DNA of 64,000 nucleotides from Camelus ferus (GCF_009834535.1 NC_045697.1:38318001-38382000), one strand, 5' to 3'. Shown: positions 36,398 to 50,022, numbered from the stretch's first letter. Notes: generated from the letters alone by a model not told the origin. Program-made: numbers and translations.

Positions 36398-38939
36398 CAC
36401 TAGCTCTGTCTGGAATTCTGTTTTGTATATGATAGTGGGTGAAGATTCTTTTTTTTTTATTTTAACAAGCATCTTGTACATCATTTATAATTGGCCCATA
36501 CTTCACCACTGATAATTCAATGGATATACTGTCATGCATTAGGCTTTTACATATGGGTAGATATGGTACTGACCTCTCTGTCTTAAGCTTATAAAATATG
36601 GTCTTGATGAGTTGAATTAATTCATGGAGGGCCTAAATAAACAATGTCTTCTGTAGATTTCAGATATGCTCTGTTTGGGAAGAGAGTTTTCTAGATCTAC
36701 TTCTGTCAGGTCCTCTGATGGCCACTGTGGTCTGTGGGGTCTGCCTACTCTTCCTCGATGACAGAGCTCTACTTGTCACAGGGTAGGAACATGCCAGACA
36801 AAAGTGAAAAATCAAGATGGCATAAACCATTGGATCTCAACCTGCTACATATTACAGTCATTGGGGAAATGTTTAAAACCGCCAATATCTGCACCCCACC
36901 TCAGCCAAATAAATAAGGAACTCTGAAGGAAGGGCCCAGGTTTTTGTTACAACGGCAGATGGTGGCCCAGGTGATTACAACGGCAGATGGTGGCCCTGGT
37001 CTAAGCTGGCCATGACTATCCAATTTTCCTTTGCCTGTATTTAGTTTAGGAGTGTGCATCTATGTGACCCAGTTTTGGTCAGTGAGACGTAAGAGAAAAT
37101 CTGCTAATGGGTCCTAGAAAAGATCTTCCACGCTGATGAAAGTTCAGTAAGATGTACGTGTCTTCTTTTGCCTGTGTGTCTTCTCCCTTCTTGCTCTGTT
37201 GTGATAGGAGGTAATGAGAGCTGCGGCAGCTGTGATCATGAAGGTAGGACGATCACCTGAGGCATCAAAAAAAATGTAAATCATGGAATGATGTGTGTGT
37301 ATTAATAGCAAATATATTAAAAAATAATATGTATATAAACAGTAGAGTAGGTGCAATTATTTGAAATTTTAGGGTATTGGATTTAACGTCTTTAATGGTT
37401 ACCTATATGTTACTACTAATCATTAGAGGTTTCTATCTAATTTTCATTGCACAGTCATGATCCTTTTATGTTTTGTAGATGATTTAAATAATACGTGCAG
37501 AATGCTTGAGAGTGCTTTGGAAGAAATTTTACATTGTTTCCTTAGAATTTAACATATCTTGTATTTGTTATACTTTAAAGAGCCCTTTATCTTTGGACGT
37601 TTTTTCCTACACCAGCAGCTCTTATTTTACCCCCCAAGCTTTGCCAAGCTGTAACTAAGCCAATATCGATTCTCTGCAACCACATTGAGGTCCAGATTGA
37701 TCAGTCAATATTATAGCACTTAGGGAAAGAGAAATTTCTAAAAGGATTTCTAAGTAGTGGAATAATACAATATTTAAATCAAAACACTATATGCTTTCCT
37801 AAGTTTGTAGGTCCTAAATTTAATTTGAAAAAAAAAACTTGAAGTGGTTTGTATTAAAATTTACTCATTATAACTTTACTTAGTGTTTTTTAACCAAGTT
37901 TACTTTAAATTAACTATAGCTATAAATGTACTATATCTAACTTGGGCTCATAAAAAATCATTTCCATGTTTGTTTATTCAAGGGGAATAATCTGCTGTGA
38001 GATTGACCAAACCATAAAATTTATCACAGCAAATAGTTCTCTAAGTAGAAGAGAGAGGAGGAATAGTTAATGAGTGTAATAGACTGAATATTTTGACTTT
38101 TATTGATGGAGCCTGAAATTATGTGTCTCTCCCTAGGGCATCCTCTTCAGAATTGTGATTTCTCAGCTTATTCTCAGGGTCCTTTTTCTTTTAAATAATT
38201 TCTTGCCTCTTAGCCTTGTCTGGATCACAATTTTTTTTCCGCCTGAAAAATTACAGTACTGCTTATCATCGGGGGTATAAAATTTATCAAAATACTCTAG
38301 AAATGAATTGAATTTTTTCTCATTCTATATCATAGTAGAGTCATTCTGGATCCTGGTAGGACTGTACATCACAGTCCTCATGTTCTACAAAGATTAGGCA
38401 GATGACTAGCTGGACCAGTCAAACTCTCTGCCTCTGCCAGGAATTTGAATCTTGGGCAGAGTGACACTGGGTGGAATAAAGGCACTTGGCAGTAAATCAT
38501 TCTGATGGTCGCACCCAAAGAGACCACCAGTAAATGTCTTCTATAAAGATCCCCAACGTTGTCCAGGTCTATTTCTCCCAAGATCAAGTGGTTCTGTTCT
38601 CCTTTGATTCTATGACTCACCCAACAGTCTTCCCATGTTGTTATCAGGGAGTGGTAGGAAGCCCTTAGGTTAGCTGAAGTTAGTTTCTGTAGCTTGCAAC
38701 CAAAACTCCCCAAGTAATGCAGGCTAAAACATGTATATATACAAAATCAAATCAGCTATATTAAACAATGAATGATAGGTGCCAAGTGAATGATACAGAC
38801 AGTAAATGTCGTAATAGCTCAGAAGAGTTAAATATATCTGTTGTCTGACAAAGCCATGGAAGACTTTATAAAGGAAATGGGACACACATCACTGAGCTCC
38901 TGCCGCCCACCCATTGGACAGCATCCATGAAAATCAGTA

Positions 38940-39170
38940 GCAGTGTAACATTGAGGTAAGAGCTCAGACTCTGAAGTCAGACAGAACTGGGTTCAAATCC
39001 TGGCTCTTCCAGGTTGTATGATCTTGTTCAAGTAGGTTAGCCTCTTTGTGCCATAATATCCTTATTTGTAAGATGGAAAGAGTAGTACTCCTCTCGTAGG
39101 TTCATTGTAAAGATTAAACCAGGTAATGTCCATACAATGGTTAGCACAGTGCTAATAAGCACTTAATTTT
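38940..39170 (+). mobile_element. MIR SINE
   Basis: GACTCTGAAGTCAGACAGAACTGGGTTCAAATCCTGGCTCT...CTTATTTGTAAGATGG core. Confidence 0.8.
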
Positions 39171-41152
39171 AAAAAGAAATGAATCAATCATGCATTTCTT
39201 GACAATGGTTGAGACATCAGACTCATCTCTCCAGGGGGAGTGGATGAAAGGGAGCAACGTCCTTGGGCCAAGGAAGCGACATCACCAAAAAGGGATCCAT
39301 TCCTCACCCCATCCAACTCCCACCACACATGCACCACACATGCACCACACATTTTCTCAGGATGGAGGGCATCTCATCAAGGTCTCTGTGCTGCTATTAT
39401 CACAAAGTCTTCAATAACTTGCTAATGTTGGCTTATTAGCCTGTAGCAACCCTGTGAGACAAGCATCATTATCACTATAACACATGGAGGGGCACAGTGA
39501 TTATAATGTCCTCACTTGGGTAATTCAGAGGGTCGCCCAAAGACTAAGAAATGGATTTTTATTAATCTGATGCCTTTCCTAATTTTATAAAGCCTCCATT
39601 CTTTCATATGTGGCCAAGCAAGACTAAGAAGGCAACTATTCACATCTCCCACACACATACACCCAGTTCATCTCTTAGAGCCGAAAGGGTGAGAAATCTG
39701 ACAGACTGAGCTTTTATTTTCCTAGACAGACTAACATCCCCCTTTAAATGGAGTGTTTAAATTACTGGGTCAGTTTTAGACATTAATTGTTTTTCCTCCT
39801 TACCAGCAGGTGGGGACCTGGAGGAAGAAGGCTGAATTCGTTAACAAAATGTCTCCATACTGCTGAGATGTGGTGTGAACTAAATTCACAATCCTGCTAA
39901 GTAAATCTAAAAAATCAATTAGAATACAGAGTATTAAATGCTATGAAGAGAAGCTCCTATGGGAACACGATGCAGCAAAGTAATTAATGTGTTAGATCAG
40001 ACCCGTAGAGGATCCCACCCAGGATTTGGTACCCCCAGTGAAACCAGTGCACGTGGGCTGAGGGGCAGAGTGAGGGAGCATGGCTGATTTTGACTTGGCA
40101 TTTCATCAACTGGAAACTTAAGAGTATTTCTTGAAATATCGCCAGGTTGGCATCTATTGATTTCTCCAACTCTCGTTGAAAATTTTTATATATCTATACC
40201 ATTTCTTGGGGCTTTCAATCTCTGAAGAGGATATTTCTGAAAATTCTGTTTGTTATCACCCAGTTTTGGTAAGTTAGAAAGTGTGAGGTGATGCAGGTTC
40301 TCTGTGTATCAGAATCTTCCTCTTCAGATGGTTTCTCCCACTTTGAGAAAAAAAGAAGCCACTATGTTTATTTATGTTCGAGGTTTAGATAGTAAGTATA
40401 CTTTGCTCAGAATGGCTCAAAACGTTAATTTTTATTTCCTCTCATCCAGTTCTTCTTCCTGCCCCCAGATAATAACTTGGGAAGAATCCATGACTTTTTT
40501 GGTGTCTTTGAAGTAGAGTAAGTCCTTGGTTAGTAATTGAAATACCTATGAGAGTTCCCTGTCATAAGCAGAACTGTGAACGTGGTTCAGTGGTCAATGT
40601 TCTCACCCTTCTCCAGCTTGAGCCCACCTCAGGCAGAGAAGAAAGGGGAAGTGGTCCCTTGCTTTCCTCTTTCGCCATCCCCACTTCAATTCCTCCTCTC
40701 CCCAGATTGCTAAAGGACGGGGAGGGGGGAGATGAGGGAAAGGGATAGGAAAGTCCTTGCTTGACCAGTATTTCTGTGAACCAACGCCTGCTCTCCGGTA
40801 TTTAAACCTGACTCTCTCTTTGTTGTTGTGGATGCTTTGGAGGCCCTCCTCCCTTCCCTGAGGGTCTCTGACCTGCAGCTCATTTGCCAAGAGTCAATAC
40901 ATCTCAATTCCCAACAGTCTCTGACTCCTTCCCCTACCCCTGGAACTGGCATCATCCCAGTTTCCCTCAGCAGAAGACTCCTTGTCTTCTTGCAGACCTT
41001 CCTAGACAGGACCTTTTTCTGTTAGGGTTTAGCTGCAGACCAGAGAAACCCCTCTAGATCGTTTCAGTGGAAACGGACTTAGAACCAGGTTGTTGGAGGC
41101 TTACAAAATTGTTTGGAAGGGCTAGAAGAACAGGCTCTAGGCAAAGCTTCTT

Positions 41153-41912
41153 TTTTTTTTTTTTAATTGAGTTATAGTCAGTTCACAATGTTGTGTCAAT
41201 TTCCAGTGCAGAGCACAATTTTTCAGTTATACATGAACATACATATATTCATTATCACATTCTTTTTCACTGTGAGCTACCACAAGATCTTGTATATATT
41301 TCCCTGTGCTATACAGTATAATCTTGTTTATCTATTCTATATATACCAGTCAGTATCTACAAATTTCGAACTCCCAGTCTGTTCCTTCCCACCCCCCTCC
41401 CCCTGCCAACCACAAGTTTGTATTCTATGTCTATGAGTCTGTTTCTGGTTTCTGTTTTGTATTTATGTTCATTTGTCTTTTTCCTTTTTTTTCAGATTCC
41501 ACATATAAGCGATCTCATATGATATTTTTCTTTCTCTTTCTGGCTTACTTCACTTAGAATGACATTCTCCAGGGACATCCATGTTGCTGCATATGGCGTT
41601 ATGTTGTCATTTTATGGCTGAATAGTATTCCATTGTATAAATATACCACATCTGCTTTATCCAGTCATCTGTTGATGGACATTTAGGCTGTTTCCATGTC
41701 TTGGCTATTGTAAATAGTGCTGCTATGAATATTGGGGTGCAGGTGTCTTTTTGAAGTAGGGTTCCTTCTGGATATAAGCCCAGGAGTGGGATTACTGGGT
41801 CACATGGTAAGTCTATCCCTAGTCTTTTGAGGAATCTCCATACTGTTTTCCACAGTGGCTGCACCAAACTGCATTCCCACCAGCAGTGTAGGAGGGTTCC
41901 CTTTTTTCCACG
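41153..41912 (-). mobile_element. Young 5'-truncated L1 with a clean TSD
   Basis: Poly-T at 41151; ORF 41607-41867 is L1 ORF2 C-terminus ([12 protein letters not shown]...WYIYTMEYYSAIK); perfect 15-bp TSD TAGGCAAAGCTTCTT (41138 and 41913). Confidence 0.93.
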
Positions 41913-43689
41913 TAGGCAAAGCTTCTTGAAACAGCTCCCATTCCAAGATCACATCTCCTTTGTGGTCAGGAAAGCTTCCACCAATGCTGCAGACAGCTCC
42001 TGAAGCTACCTCCTCCACAACCCATTCCAGTCTAGTGGACGCCTCTCACACTGCCCTCCCCCTCCTCATCCAGTTCCTAATGCCAGTCTCATATGAGTGC
42101 AGATGATGGTGGAACTTCAGCTCAAGACACCCAGGAAACACAAAACTTAGCTTTCCAGCTTCTCAAACAGGAAGGCATGCCAGGGCCTAGAGTGGATGCC
42201 AAGGGACTCAGTCCATAGGATCTGGCACAGGACCCAGATCTCTCACATGAGATTCATACCTGGCTGTGGAAAAGATGCAACAAAGTCTGAGAGGGTGCCT
42301 TCAAGTCAGGGTCTCTCCCTTGTTCAAGAGATACATTTTAAGTGGTCTCTTTATGTCTCCTTCTCTTGATTTGAGATGAAGAGAGAAGCTGTCCAAAAAT
42401 TCCGGCGTCACTTCTAACATTTGCTTACACTTGTTAACAGAACCCTGATTTGGTGTGAGAATAGGTCATAACTGATTCAGGCCATCTTGGCCAGTGACTG
42501 CCCTCGGGGTGGGTGGATGTGGAACCCCGTTCTGGCCAATAAAGGGAACTCCACTAGTGCATTCCGGGAGACATTTCTGTCTGACGAGAGGGGGGCCTGT
42601 GAGGAAAAACCTGGTGTTTTCTTATTGTGAAATCCCTGCCCTCTGCCCTCACTTCCTGTTTTCAGTGCTGATGCATGTGGACCTGTTTCTTGGACTTGTG
42701 ACAGCCATCCTGTGGCCACGGGGCAAAAGGCCTGAGGACGGAAGCCACCCACTGAGGAGAGACAGCAGAAGCGTGAAAAGTGGTCAGGTCTCAGTGGCAT
42801 TTATTGCATCTCAAACCAAACTAGGACCCACTACTGTCGGGTATTTTGTCAAGTGAAACCACAAGATACTTTTATTACTCAACCAGTTCTTAGTCAGGCA
42901 TTCTGATACATTTTGACTGACCGACATTCATGCATTTTGACTGACCAACACCCAGGTTGAGCCCCTGGAACCCATGATAAGTGAGAGAGAGAGGTAGAGA
43001 GAGACAGAGAGAGAGCGCGACAGTCTGGGCCTAGGGAAAGATTTGGAGCCTAAGTCAGCAAGTGAGTATTTTCACACTTCTGTACAGTTAGGACTTTCTG
43101 AGCAAGTTTTACCAGAACCTGAGTTAAAGAACCAGCATCGGGAGTTAAATTATGACTATGATTGAATAGCTGGTGAGGCAGCTCTGGAGAGATTTACCTC
43201 CCTGGAGGTATGTGTTTACATTTCAAAGGGGGCCAAACCTGCAACCAAGGAGACGTCCCAGGAGGTGTAAACCAGGAGAGGCTTCTCTGGTCTTCGCCTC
43301 CCCCCCAGACATCTATTTATATTCCAGAAGGTAATAGCCCAGGAACTTTTCCCTTCTCTTCCCAAGGAAAATTAGTGTTAACTAGGCAGAATCTTTCTCT
43401 CCCTTTCTCAGGGAGGAAGGGAGAGAGAGTTATTCCTCTCATATATATACTCTCTGATTCCTGACTGGGGGCAGGTGCTTCCTCTCCTGCAGCACAGAAC
43501 CCAGTGAATGTCAGGTGACATCTGACTCCATCTCACCCTGGGGGTTGGGCAAGGATAGCTCCTGATATAAGGAACAAGAGCTGATCTCTGCTCCAGAAAC
43601 CTCACATATGCATTCAGGATAATAGAAATAAACATAGATATTAAAAACTGATCAGCCATAGAAAGAGGCTTGTGCATGATTCTTCGCTG

Positions 43690-44230
43690 GAGAATGTGAC
43701 TCAGTTACAAAACAGTTTAATGTGATTTTAGGCTGTGTTGATACACACCGAAATTACTGTGCAGATATATCAAGGGAAACAAATATATCTAAGCCCCCGG
43801 TTCTAACCTGACGTAACCATTTCTGGGCATAAATTTCAGTAAGAAACTGAGAAACTAGAGTGTTTCTATGCCAGAGGAGGTAGCCAGATAAGTGATGGTC
43901 TTGGAGACCATGACTCGCAAGCAAAGGTAGAAGGATCTGGGGTATTCTGAAGGGTCATCCTACCTATGAGGGAAAAATTACTTTCTTTTTATTGCTCAAA
44001 ACAAAAGGCTCACACACAAGGAGAGGCAGATTTTAGCTTCGTATAAACAAGAATTTTTCTAACAAAGATTTCAGCAATGCAGTGAGCTGCTTGGAAAAGT
44101 AGTGAGTCCTCTTGTCATTGGAAGTAGTCAGGTGGCAGCTGGGATGGCCATCTGTTGGAGAGGTTGAGGAAGAAATCTGTAGTTGATGTGGGAGACTGCC
44201 TAGTTGACATTTTAGGACCCTGACATCTCT
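43690..44230 (+). mobile_element. CR1/L3 LINE fragment
   Basis: GGCAGATTTTAGCTTCGTATAAACAAGAATTTTTCTAAC...GTAGTGAGTCCTCTTGTCATTGGAAGT resembles the L3 3' region. Confidence 0.6.
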
Positions 44231-45719
44231 GTCTCCACCAAGTTTAACTGGCCACCATCTGAATATTCTCTTTCTAGCCATTGTCCTATAGAGTTCCCTT
44301 CCTTGATAGTCTGCCAAATTCAAAGTTGTTTTTAACTTCCAGAGTTGAAGTCAAGGCTCTATCAATTACTTTGTGATTTCTGGTAAATTACTTAATGTCC
44401 TCTGTAAAATGGGGATACTGATACCAATACTTCCTACTTCATAGGGTTATTATGGTGATTAAATGAAATAATACCTGTAAAGCACGCACAGCACTTAGAA
44501 CAGAATCTAACAAGTGCTCAAACCCAACGGTTAATATTGGTTTATTAATATCTTCACTTACTGTCTTTCTCCACCTTTCACTTGGCTACCTACCCATCCT
44601 TCACATCTTTGTTGGTTTGAATTTACATTTCTCTTATTTTCGGTGAGTTTGAGTGTTTTCCAAATGACAAAGAGCAATTTGAGCAATTACATCTTCAAAT
44701 CTTTGTCTATTTAAAAATCATATTATATATAACATATGTAATAATAAACTGTATATTAAAAATTATATATTATATTTCTAATATAGTCTATTATTTGTTA
44801 GTCATTTTACTGTCAATTTATAGGAGTTTTTTATATATTGGGTCTATGGTGATAGTTGTAACATTTTTCCCAACTTATCCTTTGTCCTTTGACCATAGAA
44901 CTTTCAAGGTTTCTTTTGAAGTTTAGAGTATGTGGAAGGTTTTCAAGTACATATGTATTAGTGCTTATCAATCTTTTATTCATGCAAAGCCTCCACTCTT
45001 ATCTCTATTCTTACTGACTCCAAAAGGTAACAAAAAGTGTAGCTCCTCCCACTAGCGTTTCTGATGTCTTTGTAGACACACAAAATAAACTGCTTCATCA
45101 TCAGGATGCTTTTGTGTTGTGTTTTTAAAACAGACTTACCCTTTCTTGATGATAATTTATCCGTGTCTCTGCTGCTGAAGAATAGCTTCTCAGAATAACA
45201 TCTGATCATTTTGTAGCCAAGTTGCTACAGAGGTTCCACTGCAAGGCTCCAGACAGACTGGAACTATCGTAACCATTTTCTTATCTGCCAGTAATAATCA
45301 GGTTGCCAGCCAATCAGACACCTGGTGATAGGGAAATTGAGTCCCTGCTGCTTAAAAGAAAGGATCCTGAATTTGTTGGCAGTAATGTCGACATTTCAGC
45401 CCCATCGCTGGGCCACTCACTGAAGGGAGGTAGCCGTGCTATAGGGGACTTGTATCAGAAGGCGTGATTCATTCAGTTCAGTTCAATTCAATCCGTACTT
45501 CCTGGTCTTTTGTTAACAGCCAAACACCCTGCCTGGCTTATGGGCACAAAGAAGAACACATTAATCTTCTAGTGTACTGTAAGGAGCTCACAGTCTAAAG
45601 GGGGAACAGGATAATCAGTGACTACAATAGAGTTAGCGACATCCAGAGACACAGAATATGTTTTGGAAATACAGAGCAGAATTTTATCTCAATTTATCTC
45701 TAAGGTTCTCCTAAACATT

Positions 45720-46497
45720 ACCTGTATATCCAGCTGTTTCCCTGTAAGTTATCTTTACTCACAACACTTTTAACACTTTTAAATGAGAGGTTTTTTCCCC
45801 CCCAACACCACATATGTGGCATCTTTTCCAAAACCACTTCTCCAACTCTCTGGACACCAGGAGGTCCAGAATTCAACTCAATTCAGACACAAACTGCTTG
45901 GCATTAGTACAGACCCCACTAATTATGGGCTCAGTCCCACAAGACTGTCTCCCTCTCAGGTTAGATAACTTACTAGAACAGAGCTCAGGAAGACACTCTG
46001 CTTACTATTACCAGTGTATTATAAAGGATGCAATTCAGGAACAGCCAGGTGGAAGAGATGCTTGGGGCAAGAAAGTGGGGAGCTCCATGCCTTCTCCAGT
46101 ATTCCACCCTCCCAGCCCCTGGTGTCCTCACCAACCTAGAAGCTTTCTGATTCCTGTTTAGGGAATTTCTAAAACCCTGTCTAGGGTTTTTACAGAGTTC
46201 CAGTAAATAGGCACAATTGCTTAAATTATTGACCATTAGTGATTAGCTCAATCTCTAGCCCCTCTCTCCTGTTTAGAGGTTGGAGAGGGGCAGGGCTGAA
46301 AATTCCAAGCTTCTAATCAAGGCTTAGTCTTTCTGGTGACCACCCTCATCCTGAAGCTATCCAGGGCCCTGTTTAGGGTCATTTCATTAGAATAGAAGAT
46401 GCTCCTATCACCTTTTTCACTTAGGAAGTTCCAAGGACCTTAGAAGCTCTGTTCCAGGACTGAGGGAAAGACCAAACAACTCTCTTACTGCACCACA
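45720..46497 (-). mobile_element. MER21-like ERVL LTR
   Basis: Reverse complement of the right end, TGTGGTG...TTTGGTCTTTCCCTCAGTCCTGGAACAGAGCTTCTAAGGTCCTTGGAACTTCCTAAGTG, resembles the MER21 start; internal GGGCTCAGTCCCACAAGACTG. Confidence 0.75.
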
Positions 46498-47137
46498 CCA
46501 GGGCATTTTTGCAATATCACCTTGAGCCCCTTATCTCACAGGCCATACTTTCCACCCACCACTTGTCCCCGTCTTGTCCCAGCATACTTCAAGGTGGCCT
46601 CCTGATTACATACCCAGGGACCTGTGCAGACTCTTCAGCCCCTGAAGCTCAAGACCTTGACATCTGCCTAGATTCCTTCCACTCCTTCCCTCCTAGAGAC
46701 TGGTCCCTCACAAGCCTTGCCCTTTCTTCCTCTGTAATATTTCTCACATTTCCCTCAGACCTTTATCTCATCATTAAAATAATCTCTTGTCCTAAATAAT
46801 AGTATTTTCTCCACCATTCACCATTCCATCCTTTACTACCCAGATTAACATTCCCCAAACTAGCTTCATAATGCAATTTTCCAGTTTAAAAAATGTTCAA
46901 TAATTCTTCATTATATATTGGATAAAACTCAAGCTCTAAAATCTAACATTTGGTGAGTCTTTTAGTAACTGGACATCACTTTTCCTTTCCAGTCTTGTCA
47001 TCATCTGACCACTGTGCTCATGCCTGTTCCCATCAGATCGCTGCCTTTGTTATTACTGAAGCAATCATTATGCTTCCACATAAACATCTTTCCCATCATG
47101 TTATCCCCTCTCCTCCTTTTCTCCTCTCCTTAAATCT

Positions 47138-49790
47138 CTCTCTTGCATGTGCTCTCTCTCTCTCTCTCTTTTTTTAATACTCAAGGTTTTATTTAATATA
47201 ATAGCAACCATTGGTGAGAATTTAATGTTTTCCCTAATTTCCACACATCTTCTGGTTTGGAAGGACAATTACAAAAACAAGACACACAAAAAACTGATTA
47301 GGGAATCAGTGGTGACCTCACTATCCACCCACAACCAGGAAATGGATGGGAGGGAGAAGGGAATCTCCACATCAAAGGAGATGAAGGAAAGATCAAGGAA
47401 AGTACTGGCAGTCTCTGCATTTCCATTCAGAATGGATGGACCTGGGCCACTGGTGGCACTGGTACAGGAAAGAGCATTTTTAAAAAATTACATAAAATAT
47501 TTAAAAGATGCCTAAAATGAACAGCTGAATATGTGAGTGTCCTCTAGGCTCTGCAAGATGCCTTTAAGGTTAACCCCTGTGGGAGCAGAGGGTCTCCTCA
47601 CCCAGGTGGAAAGAAATGGACTCCATCTTCAGGTGAAGGAGAGGCAGTGGCTCACAGCCCTCAGTGATTGGGATAAAGACCCCAGGAGCAGGATGGCCCA
47701 CCTGCACAGCCTGCCCCTTATCTCGACAGTGTTCCTCCCCAACCCTTCTGGTTTCAAGCGAAAAGTACTTTTAACCTGGGCTCGGGGTTTTGCTTTGTTT
47801 TGTTTTATTTTAACATTAAGATCGAGAGGAAGGGGGTACTCTGGAGCAAGAATGGGTATTCTGTGCTAGATTCATGGAATTCTCTAAGTTTGAAGTGTCC
47901 AGGGATTTGGATTTTAAGCACTGGCAAGAGTTCCCTTTGGAAATTTCATTGTGGCCAAATGATTACCAAGCATCGCAGCATCTCTCTGCCAGCCTCCCAC
48001 TCTTGGAAAGGGGGCAGGGTGAGAGTTTAAATAGCCTGGAAAATGCGTTTCATCTTGGTAACATTTTCCACTGGGCATTCACACTGGCTAGTTTGCCAGG
48101 GCTGCGCTACAGGTCATCTGAACAGGGACTCTAAAGGCTTCTCCTAAATCTAAGCCTTGTCAAAAGATATCTATCTCCAGCACCAGCCCACAGAAAGAAA
48201 TTTAAATTCCAGAGGGTGGGAAAGGTGACCTGAAGGATTATTTTTTTTTTTAAATCTAGTATGTATCAATCATCCTTAGAGTCTTCAGTAAGAAATGGAG
48301 GTCAAGACCTGGGAGTTGAAGGGGAGGGATGTGTAGCCATGCCCCCTTCAAAATCCAGACAGAAATTGCACTCTCAAAGAGTGCAATTTTAAAGAATGCT
48401 TCTTTAAAAAAAAAAAAAAAAAAAGAAACACCCCCTCCCAGATGTTGTTTATAGAATTAACAAGCTGCTCAGGGTATATTTGGTAGCTGTGGCACTGATG
48501 ATGTGGGCAAGTGACTAGGTTTCACAGGTTAATATATAGCTGTGCATATGCATGTAGCCCAGAAATGTGCGGAGAAGGGGAAGTTCCAAACCAGGTAGAG
48601 AAAGGCAGTGGGTCCTCCTCTCTAAAGGGGGGTGCAAAGGGCTGAGTGCCCTGGCCGCAAACAGCCAAGGTACCTGATACCCTATCAAGCATTACAGATG
48701 GCGAGAATGGAAAAAGATTCTGTTTCTGGGATTTGCTGCCAACACCATGAGCCCCTTAACACAGTTGCTTTGATTCAAAGCAGATGATCGTTGTGCACTG
48801 GCTGAGTGGTGGACTCTCGAGTGAAGCCCACACAACCAGCAGGCTGCATTCTAATGGAAATATTTGAACTGGGACAGTCATGTCTGAGAGTCCAAAAGAG
48901 CTGGTAACCCAAAGGAAGAAAAAAAAAACCCATCTGTTTTGACTCCATCTCGAAATCAGAAGGAAAAACAAAATTCATTTGAAGGTGCTTTAAACATGAG
49001 TTCCTGGCTTGTGAAAGAAGTACCTTTTTTTTTTAACAAGCTGCCTCAACAGCAATGCTTCTAATTCAAGCATACCCTAAAGCAAACAAGGCTACAGATA
49101 AGAATATGGGACAAAGAGATAAGAGTATAAATCCAAACAGGAATTTGCATCTTTAAGATGTCTGAAATCTCTAAAAATTTGGTTGGGCATGGATGCCAGA
49201 AACATAGTAGACGTTCACTAAGAATGTTTGGAACTGGCAAGCCTCATCTAAGTTTGTTTTGAGGTTGAAGGCAGGACTTGTTCTCTTTAAGAACACATTT
49301 CCATTAGGAAGCCCAGGACAAGGGACCCACGGAATTAACCTGCACACTGGATGTAGAGGGGCAATCAAGCACAGATCAACATTTCTAATTCCCAGATGTT
49401 CCTGACTTTATTGAGAAGTGGCTTCTTGGGTGGGAAAGCTGACTCAAGTCTAAGCCAGTGGGCTGGAGGGACCCAGCATTGATTCTGGTGGGGGCCTGAC
49501 TTCCAGATACTACCATCTATTTCACCCTGAATCTGAACTGTTAACTTTTCTTCAGCCCAGGAACCTAACATCTAAATCACATTTGCTCCCTTTGCTTGAC
49601 AATCCTAACTCCAATTAAATCAGCTTTAGTGGCTCAGCTGGCAGGATTCAATTCCCTTTCTCTGTCAATTCCTGCTCAAGGAGATGGCAAATAATTGAGT
49701 CTCAGAGACACCAAGCCAAGGACTAGCAAATAAGCATCTTTGGGAGGCTGGTAGTTATACAGACAACATAGCTCTCAGTACATCATCTAG
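47138..49790 (-). pseudogene. Candidate processed retrocopy of an unidentified mRNA 3'UTR
   Basis: Minus strand ends AATAAAACCTTGAGTATT-AAAAAAA-(GA)n; 2.6 kb with no repeat I recognise; interrupts L2-like sequence; weak TSD CTTAAATCT/CTTAAACCT. Confidence 0.5.
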
Positions 49791-49950
49791 CTTAAACCTA
49801 CCCATGTTGACCTGGTTTCATTCTCTGTTGGGAATGCAGTGGTTTTAAGGTATATCCACCAATTCTTTGCTACTGCTCCTTTCAGCAGGTGGGGTATAAT
49901 TCTCCTCTCCTTGAATGTAGGCTGGCTGAGTGGCTTGCTTCAAAGGAATA

Positions 49951-50017
<67 letters not shown>

Positions 50018-50022
50018 GTGAT
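49951..50022. repeat. (GAT)22 microsatellite plus GGTGAT, inside an MLT1-like fragment
   Basis: Read directly from the sequence; it produces the poly-His and poly-Ile ORFs. Confidence 0.97.

Noticed and set aside
42909..42950. Direct repeat CATTTTGACTGACC(G/A)ACA x2, and a 12-bp duplication near 25733
   Set aside because: Only two units each, consistent with ordinary slippage; no array structure, and CRISPR is not plausible in mammalian DNA.
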